Origin: an uncultured bacterium
GTDB lineage: Bacteria; Babelota; Babeliae; Babelales; Vermiphilaceae
NCBI GenBank assembly: GCA_963727255.1
Contig: CAVSFC010000001.1
Coordinates: 1 to 64,000 of the forward strand
DNA: 64,000 bases
Direction: 5' to 3'
The position numbers and the translations under genes were made by a program. Of this stretch, positions 9,496 through 19,240 are shown piece after piece (the first letter of the stretch is position 1; the number at the start of each line of letters is the position of its first letter). The notes under the pieces were generated by a model, which saw nothing but the letters and a program-made list of their open reading frames with translations, was not told where the DNA came from and did no database searches.

Positions 9496-10275
9496 ATGTC
9501 TTTGTCTTTGCCCATTATTCGTATCATATTAGCCATAATCGCAACTATTCATTGTTTAACCTTCACTCGTATTGTCGAACACGATGAGTTCGCTCATATT
9601 TTATACTATCTTGAAGAGTCAGATTATTCGCCGCAAACATTAATTATTATTGACATTGATAACACCATGGCCGAGCCAGAAGGCATATTAGGCAGTGAAC
9701 AATGGATTAATTATTATATTGATCAGAAAATTAAGGAAGGCATTGCTCCTCAAGAAGCAAGAATCATGGCACAGACTTTGTTTAATATCATTCAACATGC
9801 AATCAACCTCGTCCCCGTTGAGCCAGCAACACCAACTCTTATCAAAGAACTTCAAGGCAAAACGATTAAAGTTATCGGATTAACCGGCAGATTTATTGAG
9901 ATTAGTGATAGAACCATTGATCAACTTGCCTATATGGGAGTCAATTTATCAGATCCTGCCTGGCAGTTTGATGAGATAATAAGCCAACATGATAAAGTTA
10001 GATATCGGTTTAAAAATGGCATTATTTTCTGTTGCTGCGGCAACAAAGGAAAAGCGCTCAAAGCAGTTCTTGAAAAGCTTGATTATCACCCGAAAAAAAT
10101 TATTTTCATCGATGATAAAAAACACTATTTAACTGAGGTAAACGAAATCTTAAATCCTGAAATTACCTTTATTGGTATACGTTATTCCCATTGCGATGAA
10201 AAAATACTACATTTTGACACTATACTTGCCGATCAGGCATTGTTAGCATTTGAAAATAATCTTGAGAAAATCTAA
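9496..10275 (+). CDS. DUF2608-type secreted HAD-fold protein
   Basis: IIDIDNT, GLTGR, KGKAL, IFIDD motifs. Confidence 0.8.
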   Translation: MSLSLPIIRIILAIIATIHCLTFTRIVEHDEFAHILYYLEESDYSPQTLIIIDIDNTMAEPEGILGSEQWINYYIDQKIKEGIAPQEARIMAQTLFNIIQHAINLVPVEPATPTLIKELQGKTIKVIGLTGRFIEISDRTIDQLAYMGVNLSDPAWQFDEIISQHDKVRYRFKNGIIFCCCGNKGKALKAVLEKLDYHPKKIIFIDDKKHYLTEVNEILNPEITFIGIRYSHCDEKILHFDTILADQALLAFENNLEKI

Positions 10276-10373
10276 TGATCAGAACTTTTACTGAAGAAGA
10301 CGTCAGATGAAAATAATATCGATTTTCTTAACCGAATAATAAAGAAATAATATCAGTTAATCATGAGGGTTCT

Positions 10374-11432
10374 ATGCTCAATCGGATCACAAAAATGGTG
10401 CTCGGAGTAGTATTAGTTATCCTGGCGCTTTTTTGCGTAGGAGTTGCTTATAACTTCATCAGTTTAAATGCAGATGCAAAAAAATATCCGATGCCAGGAA
10501 AATTAGTTGATATTGGAGGCTACAAGCTTCATATTAATTGTGCTGGAGATGGAAGCCCCGCAGTAATTCTCGATGCATGTGCAGGAGGCTATTCATTAGC
10601 ATGGGCATTAGTGCAACCGGAAATTGCACAGTTTGCCCAAGTATGCAGTTATGATCGCGCGGGACTAGGATGGAGCAAAGAAAGCCCACTGCCAAGATCA
10701 GCTGAGAATATTGTTAAAGAATTGCATGCATTATTACACACTGCCGGAATTCCAGAACCGTATATTTTGGTCGGGCATTCTATAGGAGGTATCAACATGA
10801 GATTATATGCAAATACATATCCTGATGAGGTGTATGGCGTTGTATTAGTAGATTCATCGCATGAATTACAGGAAGAAAAAATCAAAGAAGCAAATTTTAT
10901 ATGGCCCGATGAAACTCCTTCATTCTGGGAGCGCGCATTCCATTGGCTTGCAACTACACAGATTGGCAAAATAACTGGTTTATTCCGAATAGAATCTCGA
11001 ATGAGCCATAAAGAATTTACTGAGGCAATCCCGGAATCAATCCGAGAAGCATTTATTTCACGATTAATCTTGCCGTCAGCATCACGCGCAATGGCTCAAG
11101 AAAGAGCGCATTTTGAAGAAAACTTTAAGCTATTGAAGAATTCTAAGAATTTATTAGAAGATAAACCTTTGATTGTAATCAGCAGAGGAAAAGCAACCTC
11201 ACCAACAGATCAGAAAGATTTATGCCCAATATTTATTGAATTCAATAGTAAAATCTGGCAGCCTTTGCAAAAAGATTTGGTAGCAAAATCAAAGAAAAGT
11301 AAACAGCTGATTGCGGAAAAAAGTTGCCATATGATCCCATTTGATCAACCAGAAATAATTGTTGATGCTGTTAAAGCATTAGTTGAAGAATATAAAGGTA
11401 AGCATGAAACTTTTAAAGCACCGCAGCGCTAA
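10374..11432 (+). CDS. Alpha/beta hydrolase with N-terminal membrane anchor
   Basis: YDRAGLGWS, GHSIGG, HMIPFDQP. Confidence 0.9.
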   Translation: MLNRITKMVLGVVLVILALFCVGVAYNFISLNADAKKYPMPGKLVDIGGYKLHINCAGDGSPAVILDACAGGYSLAWALVQPEIAQFAQVCSYDRAGLGWSKESPLPRSAENIVKELHALLHTAGIPEPYILVGHSIGGINMRLYANTYPDEVYGVVLVDSSHELQEEKIKEANFIWPDETPSFWERAFHWLATTQIGKITGLFRIESRMSHKEFTEAIPESIREAFISRLILPSASRAMAQERAHFEENFKLLKNSKNLLEDKPLIVISRGKATSPTDQKDLCPIFIEFNSKIWQPLQKDLVAKSKKSKQLIAEKSCHMIPFDQPEIIVDAVKALVEEYKGKHETFKAPQR

Positions 11433-12180
11433 GCCTTCGCATTATAATAAAGAGTCTGAAAGCTATGATGCTTTTAATGAAGCTCGATCCGCAGTAATTA
11501 ATGCTACTCTCGACAAGATACTTAAAAAATATGACGTTAAAACAGTTCTCGATCTCACTTGTGGCACAGGCTCACAAGTCTTCTGGCTTGCCAAGCGCGG
11601 ATTTGGCGTAGTTGGTGCTGATATTAATTCAAAAATGCTCAAGATTGCACAAGATAAAGCAAAGAATGAGAAATTAGATCTCCAGTTCATCAAAGGAGAT
11701 ATGCGCACCATGCATGTTGGAGAGTTTGATGCAGTTATCACCATATTCAATGCTATAGGCCATTTGACTCAACCAGATTTTGAAAAAGCATTACACAATA
11801 TACATCGGAATTTGAAAAAAGACGGCCTCTATATTTTTGATATTGCCAACCTCAATTATTTCTTGACGGGTAATCACATTTCGGAGCTTACTATCGATTG
11901 GCTAACCACGGTTGATGATACTCGATTTCGCGATATTCAATATAGCATCATTTACACCGATGGAATCCTTACATTCTATACCACCTCTATTATTCAAAAG
12001 GGTTTTGAAAAGCCAAAAATAAAAAAAAGTGCTCAAACGCTGCAGATTTATACTGCTGATCAACTCAAAGATTTATTGAACAAAAATGGTTTTAAAGTGA
12101 TCGAGCAATGCGGCATTGACGGATCAAAATTTGTTGAAGATAAAACCGATCGCATTCTTACGATTGCTCAGAAACAATAA
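11404..12180 (+). CDS. Class I SAM-dependent methyltransferase
   Basis: VLDLTCGTG, GDMR, FDAV motifs; ATG at 11404. Confidence 0.9.
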   Translation: MKLLKHRSAKPSHYNKESESYDAFNEARSAVINATLDKILKKYDVKTVLDLTCGTGSQVFWLAKRGFGVVGADINSKMLKIAQDKAKNEKLDLQFIKGDMRTMHVGEFDAVITIFNAIGHLTQPDFEKALHNIHRNLKKDGLYIFDIANLNYFLTGNHISELTIDWLTTVDDTRFRDIQYSIIYTDGILTFYTTSIIQKGFEKPKIKKSAQTLQIYTADQLKDLLNKNGFKVIEQCGIDGSKFVEDKTDRILTIAQKQ

Positions 12181-12188
12181 TGAGATCT

Positions 12189-12940
12189 TCAGATCCTAAA
12201 CTCTTGGTACATTGCCCGTGCTAATTCATCAAGATATAATCCTATTGGCGTATCATCCTCCGCCTCAGGGCCAGCGGGAGTAATCGTAAATGATGATGGC
12301 AAAAGTGCTTGTAAAAGGCTCGATTGTCTTCGAATAAATGGTTGCGCGGAAAGCGCCAGGCAACTTCCCGGCACTGGTCGTGTTGCAAGCCATGCCTCAA
12401 TGGTATCCTGAGTTGTCGGTCGCCTCATCCGATTATGTTCCGCAATCATCGGAACCTCTATGCATTGATATGGTTTTCCAGAAAGAATGGATTGTTTAAA
12501 TAATCCGCGCATCAGCGCAGCCTCAGTTTCACCAAAATCATAGCGCTTAAATTGCTCAGGCAATGGCAATGAGCTGGTCAGCAGTATCACCTTTTTAGCT
12601 TGCACAGTATTTGATTGTATAAAGGGAGTTATATAATCAAACTGATTTTTCATATCGGAAGTAGCAAACCCAAATATAATAAAATAATCATATAAATCCG
12701 GCATGGGTGCAACGGCTTTCACAAAACCAAGCTGCTCTAAATAAGGTAAAAGCTCTTTGTGTTTTTCTTCAAAAACGGCGCCAATTTCCCATCGTTCTTG
12801 TCCCTTCTTTCTGAGAAGCATTTCTTGCCCTCGTTGAACGATTCCCGCGGGCGTACTATCATGAAAAATTCCTAGAATCGCAAAAATCTTCAACAATGAG
12901 GGATTGATCTTAGCATCATGAAAAAAAGGTGGGAACAATG
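12189..12940 (-). pseudogene. 5'-truncated conserved hypothetical protein
   Basis: Protein-like C-terminal part (ERWE, RRPTTQDT, QPFIRRQ, LDELAR). The ORF's N-terminus is the out-of-frame ddpX sequence, so the true start is missing. Confidence 0.5.
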
Positions 12941-13242
12941 AGCGTAACATCGATAGCGCACCCACGATTATGGCGCGATCCTTTTGAAGGATCGGCAACA
13001 TACGTTTCATCAGGTACCAATTCCCAAAATATTTTCTGGACCGAAAGCGGCCGATAGCCATCAAAAACTTTGAGACTAAATCCAAGAGAAATGAATTCCC
13101 GTTGAGCATGTTGCAATGCATTTGCAGCCACCTCTTCTAAAAAACATTCTGCGATTGAATAAACGGGCACACCAGTAAAATTATTTCTGGTGGCATAGCG
13201 GATATCGCGAATGATTGAAGGATCGATTTTAATTATTTTCAT
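12916..13242 (-). pseudogene. ddpX: Truncated D-Ala-D-Ala dipeptidase (VanX/DdpX, M15D)
   Basis: DIRYAT.NNFTG, FDGYRP, SRHNRGCAIDVTL, then stops at 108 aa, lacking the EWWHF half. Confidence 0.85.
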
Positions 13243-13251
13243 GAGATTCTA

Positions 13252-14151
13252 TTAAAGTTTTGAAACAAGATCATTTAAGAATTTATGATCTGGCGCATGC
13301 TCTGCTACCATATCGCGTGCCGTTTTGCCGCTTCTTGTACGGATCGTTTTATTAGCACCATGCTCAAGTAAAATTAAAACAATCTCTTTTGTAAGATAAA
13401 ATCTTTTGTGCACTTCTCTTGCTGCATGCAAATCTACTGCAAGATGCAATGGAGTCATGCCATTACGATCCTGGATATTTAATGAAGCGCCATTCTTGAT
13501 AAGTGCTTTAATTGTTGGAACATTAAAATGAGCTACCGCGTAATGTAATGCAGTCATGCCCCAGTCTGTTTGCTCATCAGCTTTTGCCCCTGCTTTGATA
13601 AATTGCTCTATAAATTTGGAGTGCCCCTCTCTGGGTTCTGCTGAGTCTAGAAACATTGCCCATGAGTCCGATGAATCGTAAGAATAAACCGGCGTAAAAA
13701 CTAATGGCACGGCAGCTATCATAAGCGGTGTATATGCTTTTTTATTACCAAACTTCAATTTAAGCGAACGGGTATTGTCCTCAGATTTTAGTTTGAACAG
13801 AGGCATTTCTGTTGTTGTAGTTGTATTCACATTTGCTCCAAGAGCTATTAAATCCGGAATAACTTCATAATTTCCTAATTCAGCAGCAAGTAAAAGCGCA
13901 AGATTCGGATGTTCTTTGAAATCGGTAAGATGCTCTTTTTCTGGTGTGCAAAATTGCTGATATCTGTGCGCCAATTGTCGTAATTCTATAAGATATTCTG
14001 GTGAAATAGCAGTTTTTTCGAGCTCGTCAACTTTGCGTACTATCTCAAGCGTTGTACTAAATTTAGTTGAAAGTGTATTTTGCATTGCGCCAATGTTACC
14101 GCAAACAATTGATATCATAAAAACGAATAAATAGTTAGTTAAAAAATTCAT
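13252..14151 (-). CDS. Secreted ankyrin-repeat protein
   Basis: TPLMIAA, GMTALHYA, GMTPLHLA; signal peptide ending IGA-MQ. Confidence 0.9.
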   Translation of the reverse strand: MNFLTNYLFVFMISIVCGNIGAMQNTLSTKFSTTLEIVRKVDELEKTAISPEYLIELRQLAHRYQQFCTPEKEHLTDFKEHPNLALLLAAELGNYEVIPDLIALGANVNTTTTTEMPLFKLKSEDNTRSLKLKFGNKKAYTPLMIAAVPLVFTPVYSYDSSDSWAMFLDSAEPREGHSKFIEQFIKAGAKADEQTDWGMTALHYAVAHFNVPTIKALIKNGASLNIQDRNGMTPLHLAVDLHAAREVHKRFYLTKEIVLILLEHGANKTIRTRSGKTARDMVAEHAPDHKFLNDLVSKL

Positions 14152-14162
14152 AGTTTATTCCT

Positions 14163-14864
14163 TTAGTTTTTTGATTTTGAATTGGATAATGCAGAATCAA
14201 CTGCTGCTGATGTTTGAAGTTGAACTGGATCAATGATTGGTAATATCGAATTGCTTTGATTTACTACGAGTGGATATTCAGTACAACCCAATACTACTGC
14301 ATCGCAGTCTTTATATTTTGCAATTAAAGAAGCAAAATAATTTCTTGCCTCATCGGTCACATTATTTTGCATCAATTGAGCATGAATGCGCTGCATCTCA
14401 TTGCGTTCATCTTGGTTAGGAATAATAACTGGGATTCCGCGCGCCTCTATCTTACGAGCGAAAAAACCATCTTCCATCGTGAATTTGGTGGCAAGCAGTA
14501 ATACTTTATTGTAATTTTGCATTTTAATTTCATCTGCTACTAAATCAACCGCATGAAATACCGGAATTTGAGAATTCAGATCAGCTTTAATCAGGTCATA
14601 ATATTTATGCAAGCTGTTGCAGCAAATCATAATGCAATCAGGGTTGAGTGCAATGAGCTTTTGCAATTCGCGTTTTAATGCTGCGGCTGTTGCATCATGA
14701 TCTTTGCCATAATTGCTCATAATATCATGATAATCAACGCTGCTTAGGATAATTTTAGCACTATGATAACCGCCCAAGCGAGCGCCCACTTTTTCATTGA
14801 GTAGCGTGTAATATCCAATAGTTGAAGACCAGCCAGTGCCGCCTAATAATCCGATAGTTTTCAT
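14163..14864 (-). CDS. Aspartate/glutamate racemase family (copy A1)
   Basis: MKTIGLLGG, CCNSLH, LGCTE. Confidence 0.9.
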   Translation of the reverse strand: MKTIGLLGGTGWSSTIGYYTLLNEKVGARLGGYHSAKIILSSVDYHDIMSNYGKDHDATAAALKRELQKLIALNPDCIMICCNSLHKYYDLIKADLNSQIPVFHAVDLVADEIKMQNYNKVLLLATKFTMEDGFFARKIEARGIPVIIPNQDERNEMQRIHAQLMQNNVTDEARNYFASLIAKYKDCDAVVLGCTEYPLVVNQSNSILPIIDPVQLQTSAAVDSALSNSKSKN

Positions 14865-15484
14865 TGTTGTTCTTTCTCGCTTAACTCTTTTCGTTGTTTT
14901 CTTAATTCTTCGATCAGATTTTTTGCTTCCAGTATTTTTTTATCATTATCATAACATTTTTTTTCTATGGAATCGCATAAACGTTCCTCAGCACGAAGAG
15001 CTGCTCGACTCGCTAAATGCACAGCACCGACACCCATGACAGTTATCGTGTCTGACCAATCCAGTGAATCACATCCAGGTATACTTATAAATGCAGCAAA
15101 AAGACCCGCCCCCGATAAATAATAAGCTGCAACGGTAGGCGCTATAAGCATCACTCCACTTGTATCCCATGCTTTAGACCGAATACTTGCCATTATTTTA
15201 TTCTTTCGAGTGACTTGCAATTGTTTATCAATTTCTTGAAGCTGCCCCACCGAACGCTCATTGAAAGCAACAGGAACATTCGATGCTAATTGCCTGCTTG
15301 CCAGATTTGTGCTTCTGACAGCTGCTAATTGTTTGCTGAGTAGGGGTGATCTGTTTGTCACTGTTACTGCGGTTGGCGAAGATCTTAAATTTGCCATCCC
15401 ATTAAAATGCGCACATCGTGATAATTGCATAGCCTGAGCTGTTGATGAAATAAGACACAAAAGTAGGAGAGCCAATCTTTTCAT
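14861..15484 (-). CDS. Secreted membrane protein with presequence-like segment
   Basis: Signal peptide ending AQA-MQ, 57 residues without Asp/Glu, hydrophobic segments, C-terminal coiled coil. Confidence 0.75.
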   Translation of the reverse strand: MKRLALLLLCLISSTAQAMQLSRCAHFNGMANLRSSPTAVTVTNRSPLLSKQLAAVRSTNLASRQLASNVPVAFNERSVGQLQEIDKQLQVTRKNKIMASIRSKAWDTSGVMLIAPTVAAYYLSGAGLFAAFISIPGCDSLDWSDTITVMGVGAVHLASRAALRAEERLCDSIEKKCYDNDKKILEAKNLIEELRKQRKELSEKEQQ

Positions 15485-15548
15485 AGCGAATCCTTTTAAA
15501 ACCGTGTTTTTGATTTCTTAAAATTTAAAGTAAAAGTATACAGTTTTT

Positions 15549-16400
15549 TTATGCACGCTCAATCGATTCAATGAAATCTATCACTTCTTTAAATTCATGA
15601 TAATTCAGATCTTTTTTGATAAGAGAGGCACTTCTTTTTAACGCTTTCATCATTTCATCGTTATATCCCAAAATTCCAAGCGCTAATGCATAATGAACAT
15701 AGGAATTATAGTAATCATTTTGATAACTAAAATATTGAGCCCAGGCAACAAGCGCTTTTTGGGCCCACTCAAGCGCATTTTCTTTTTCACCGCGCATTAA
15801 AAGTTGCTTTGCATAATACGTAGCACCAACGCCTTGGTAGTAATATTCTTTAAATCCGTAAGGGCTCCATTGATCGGCACCCCAATAATCCGCAACACCT
15901 TGAACGCCAAGTTCATATTGTTCGCGATACATTTTGTTGCGGAAGTAATATTCATTTTTAAAGGGATAATATGCTTCCTTTGGTTGTCCTTCTGCTTCTA
16001 CTACTAATCTATCAAACATCCCTTTTGCCTTTTGCAACATTCTGCTTTTTAATGGCTCAGGAGTAATTTCAGATGTATCGCCCAGGAGTGATGCGAGATC
16101 TGCTTGCAGCGTAAAATCTTGAGGGATTTTTTTTAATCCATCGATGGTAATATCAATTGCTTTTTCATATTGGCATTCATGCACCTTTTTCATAAGCTCT
16201 TTGCTTATTCGATTTGCTTCAGTTGAAACAAAAGTATTTGTTGGAGGAAGCTCGAGAATGAGCGCTCGTTCTATAATCGCATCTTTATCAATTCGTGATA
16301 GTTCAGTTTTATTGGCATAAACTTCTTGCTTGGAATAATAGAGAAACCATAAAGCAGTAATTGATAGTCCAGCCAAAATAATGAGAAAATATTTTTTCAT
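15549..16400 (-). CDS. Membrane-anchored helical-repeat (TPR-like) hypothetical protein
   Basis: N-terminal hydrophobic helix; Tyr/Ala-rich helical repeats. Confidence 0.7.
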   Translation of the reverse strand: MKKYFLIILAGLSITALWFLYYSKQEVYANKTELSRIDKDAIIERALILELPPTNTFVSTEANRISKELMKKVHECQYEKAIDITIDGLKKIPQDFTLQADLASLLGDTSEITPEPLKSRMLQKAKGMFDRLVVEAEGQPKEAYYPFKNEYYFRNKMYREQYELGVQGVADYWGADQWSPYGFKEYYYQGVGATYYAKQLLMRGEKENALEWAQKALVAWAQYFSYQNDYYNSYVHYALALGILGYNDEMMKALKRSASLIKKDLNYHEFKEVIDFIESIERA

Positions 16401-16402
16401 AT

Positions 16403-16993
16403 TTAATCCGCATGCTCAATTGTTTCAAATACAAAAATCTCGCGATCTTCATGCCAGGTAAAGGTAGTAATTGATTCATTCGTTAGCGCCGGCAATTCAG
16501 AAACATTGTGCCCCAAATGAGTAAGAAATGAGTGAAGTAACCACCCATGGGTTACCACCGCAACATGCTGGCCTTTATGTTTCTTCACAATGCCATGAAG
16601 ATAGTTCATAACGCGTGCGACCACTTTATCGCGCGGCTCGCCCCCGGCTTTTTCTAGGGCTTCTTCTTCCTTCATCAAGCCATAAAGATCTGCTCTTTCT
16701 TGTTTAGTGAGTCCTTCCATTTTGCCAAAATGGCCTTCACGCAAATCAGCCGCAAGAATAATCTCTAATGCAAAAATTGCAGCAATCTCTTGGGCAGTTT
16801 GATGCGCTCGTTGCAAATCAGACGAATAAAGAGCTGCAAATGAAACCTGTTTTTTCTTAAGAAATTGCGCTACTTTTTGTGCTTGTGCTTTTCCAGTCGC
16901 ATTAAGCGGAATATCTGCATGCCCTTGTATCTTACCAGCAAGATTCCAATCAGTCTGGCCATGGCGAATAAGAAATAATGTTGTTTTGCTCAT
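16403..16993 (-). CDS. Histidine phosphatase family (copy A1)
   Basis: LIRHGQTDWN, SSDLQRA, VVTHG. Confidence 0.9.
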   Translation of the reverse strand: MSKTTLFLIRHGQTDWNLAGKIQGHADIPLNATGKAQAQKVAQFLKKKQVSFAALYSSDLQRAHQTAQEIAAIFALEIILAADLREGHFGKMEGLTKQERADLYGLMKEEEALEKAGGEPRDKVVARVMNYLHGIVKKHKGQHVAVVTHGWLLHSFLTHLGHNVSELPALTNESITTFTWHEDREIFVFETIEHAD

Positions 16994-17017
16994 GTGAAAA
17001 TCCTAATGCATTATTTT

Positions 17018-17359
17018 CTAATTCTCGTGTATTTCTTCTACAAACATTTTTTTATCAAAACCACCACGGTGTTTCTTTTTAGCAATTCGCACCCTCTCCA
17101 ATTCTTCTATTGAACCGGTAACCAATGGAGCAAGGGCATAAACAACTTCTAAAACATCTGCAAGCTCTTCGGGAATTGGGGTTTCTAAAAATTCAGCCAC
17201 TTCTTCCTCTAACTTTTTATAGAGCGCAAGTCGATATTCTTCATCCGATAAAATATGGGTTATCGCGGTTGCTCCTCGTGCAGCTAAATTTTCATGCAGT
17301 CTATCGCGAGCAAGTTTGTTAAGGACTCGTACTTTCGATTTATCACTTTTTAATGTCAT
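17018..17359 (-). CDS. MazG-like/PRA-PH nucleoside triphosphate pyrophosphohydrolase
   Basis: NKLARD, KLEEEVAEF, EELADVLEV, RGGF. Confidence 0.85.
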   Translation of the reverse strand: MTLKSDKSKVRVLNKLARDRLHENLAARGATAITHILSDEEYRLALYKKLEEEVAEFLETPIPEELADVLEVVYALAPLVTGSIEELERVRIAKKKHRGGFDKKMFVEEIHEN

Positions 17360-17370
17360 CTGAAAGCCCT

Positions 17371-18258
17371 CTAGAGTAATTCATGTTTCTTTTTATAATC
17401 TGCGATCACTTCATCAATAATGCGCCAGCACTCTTTGCCCTCAATGTTATTTGTTTCGCAAAGACCTGCTGCAACAATTAATGCTTTCCATAATGCCCAG
17501 CCACGTCCGCGCGCCCAGGTGCCTTCATCAAGATTAAGAATAGTGCGGAAGGTTTCACGGCTTTCTCCTTTAAAGAATGTCCACGTAATTGCAAGATCGC
17601 ATGCAGGATCGCCAATTGCCAATCCGCCAAAATCAATAACAGCGCTTAACTGTCCATCTTTCATCAATAAATTGCCAAGGCTAATATCGCCATGCACCCA
17701 AACGGGCGGTTTGTTCCACGTTGTTGCAAGGGCGGCTTGCCAAACTTCAGTTGCAGCAGCAACATCGATTTTATCTTTCAGGATAGCAAGTGCTTGCCGT
17801 GTTTCATCATCATAGATGGCAAGAGGGCCTCCGCGATCAGTAGTTGTTCCAGGAATTGGTCCATTGGTAGGATCAATTTTTTGCAGCGCAACAAGAAATT
17901 GCGCAAGACTTTTAGCAAAGTCTACTGTATTAGCAATTTGAGCGTAGGCAGCCGTTTCACCCTCAAGCCAGCGATAAACTGACCAATTCCATGGATAGCC
18001 ATATCCTGGCTCACCAATCTCTAATGGAATTGAAATTTGCAGTGGCAATAACGGAGCCAAAATTGGTAACCACTTATGCTCTTTTTCAACTTTTGGCGCA
18101 TATTCCGGACCACTCGGCATGCGTACCAGCATTTGATCGCCCAAATGAAAGGTTCTATTATCCCATCCGCCATCAGCAACTGGTTTCACCTCTAAATGTT
18201 TCCATTGCGGGAATTGAGAATCTATAAGTTTGCGTACAAGCGCAGTATCTATGATCAT
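17371..18258 (-). CDS. Aminoglycoside phosphotransferase family (copy A1)
   Basis: GWDNRTFHLG, WVHGD...GNLL, VIDFG, GDPACDL. Confidence 0.9.
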   Translation of the reverse strand: MIIDTALVRKLIDSQFPQWKHLEVKPVADGGWDNRTFHLGDQMLVRMPSGPEYAPKVEKEHKWLPILAPLLPLQISIPLEIGEPGYGYPWNWSVYRWLEGETAAYAQIANTVDFAKSLAQFLVALQKIDPTNGPIPGTTTDRGGPLAIYDDETRQALAILKDKIDVAAATEVWQAALATTWNKPPVWVHGDISLGNLLMKDGQLSAVIDFGGLAIGDPACDLAITWTFFKGESRETFRTILNLDEGTWARGRGWALWKALIVAAGLCETNNIEGKECWRIIDEVIADYKKKHELL

Positions 18259-18260
18259 AT

Positions 18261-19097
18261 TTATTCTTGTTCGCCAGCATTTTTCAAGACTTTAGATGTA
18301 TCAAATCCCCATTTCTGGCATAAACCTTTAAAAGTAAGCATAGCACTTATATAGCCGGAACATCGATAAAGATCTCTTATTTCATTTGCTAGCTCATTAT
18401 TGCCGTGCGCCATTTCTTCAAAATTAGGACTGATTAGGCTTCTATTCCACCACACATTTGATATACATATGGTTTGAATTCTGGCAACTTCATCGGCAGT
18501 CAAAAGGGGATTAAGTGAAGGCTTTTTTTGAGCCGCTTCAAGAAGCGTTTTGAATGCTTCAACTATTTTTGAATCAACATCATAATCAGCAGGGCCGTAT
18601 ACATTAACAATCACCGGCCTTTCAAGATTTTTTGCTTGCTCTGTTCTAATAAAACCTATATTTGCACATTTATCATTTAAAAGTGTTGAATGCCATGCAA
18701 TTCCCTGTTCTTTATCCACGTTGCCATTCCAAGGAATGAATTGTAAGAGTTTATGAAAGGATGCTGATTGCTGTGTCAAGACATCGCAAGCATAGCGATG
18801 CGATTTGCTCGCACGATCTTCTTCGTTATCGATATCTTCCATCACTTTGCAAAAATCCGTTGGTTTAAAATTGGTATCATGGGCAGCTTGTGTGCATAAA
18901 TGAGAAAAAAGTCCCCTTTGTATTGCTATAAGAGTATTTGATTGCGGGGATATATCTTTAAAGCAATCGATCACATCTGGCGAAGATATAAGAGGCTTAT
19001 TATAGGCAGCCAAAAGATTTTCTTTTGGGGCTTCCATAGCCTGGAGGCTAAATATGCTAAAACATGCTAATGTCATTGTACTTTTAATAAGTTTCAT
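18261..19097 (-). CDS. Secreted hypothetical protein (copy A1)
   Basis: Start MKLIKS by homology to 38272-39105, GAGG RBS; signal ending LQA-ME. Confidence 0.8.
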   Translation of the reverse strand: MKLIKSTMTLACFSIFSLQAMEAPKENLLAAYNKPLISSPDVIDCFKDISPQSNTLIAIQRGLFSHLCTQAAHDTNFKPTDFCKVMEDIDNEEDRASKSHRYACDVLTQQSASFHKLLQFIPWNGNVDKEQGIAWHSTLLNDKCANIGFIRTEQAKNLERPVIVNVYGPADYDVDSKIVEAFKTLLEAAQKKPSLNPLLTADEVARIQTICISNVWWNRSLISPNFEEMAHGNNELANEIRDLYRCSGYISAMLTFKGLCQKWGFDTSKVLKNAGEQE

Positions 19098-19240
19098 ATG
19101 AACCTCTTCGAATAAAATAGCTGTAATTGTCCTAAGATTAGCAAATATGATAGCCATTTATGCAAATTAAAGATAGAAAAATGCCATTATTTATGCGTTT
19201 TTTTTATGAGCTACGGTGGAGAAGGCTCGAGCCATATCTC

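Noticed and set aside
12940..13121. N-terminus of the 310-aa ORF as a genuine overlapping gene
   Set aside because: It is the alternative frame of ddpX sequence.
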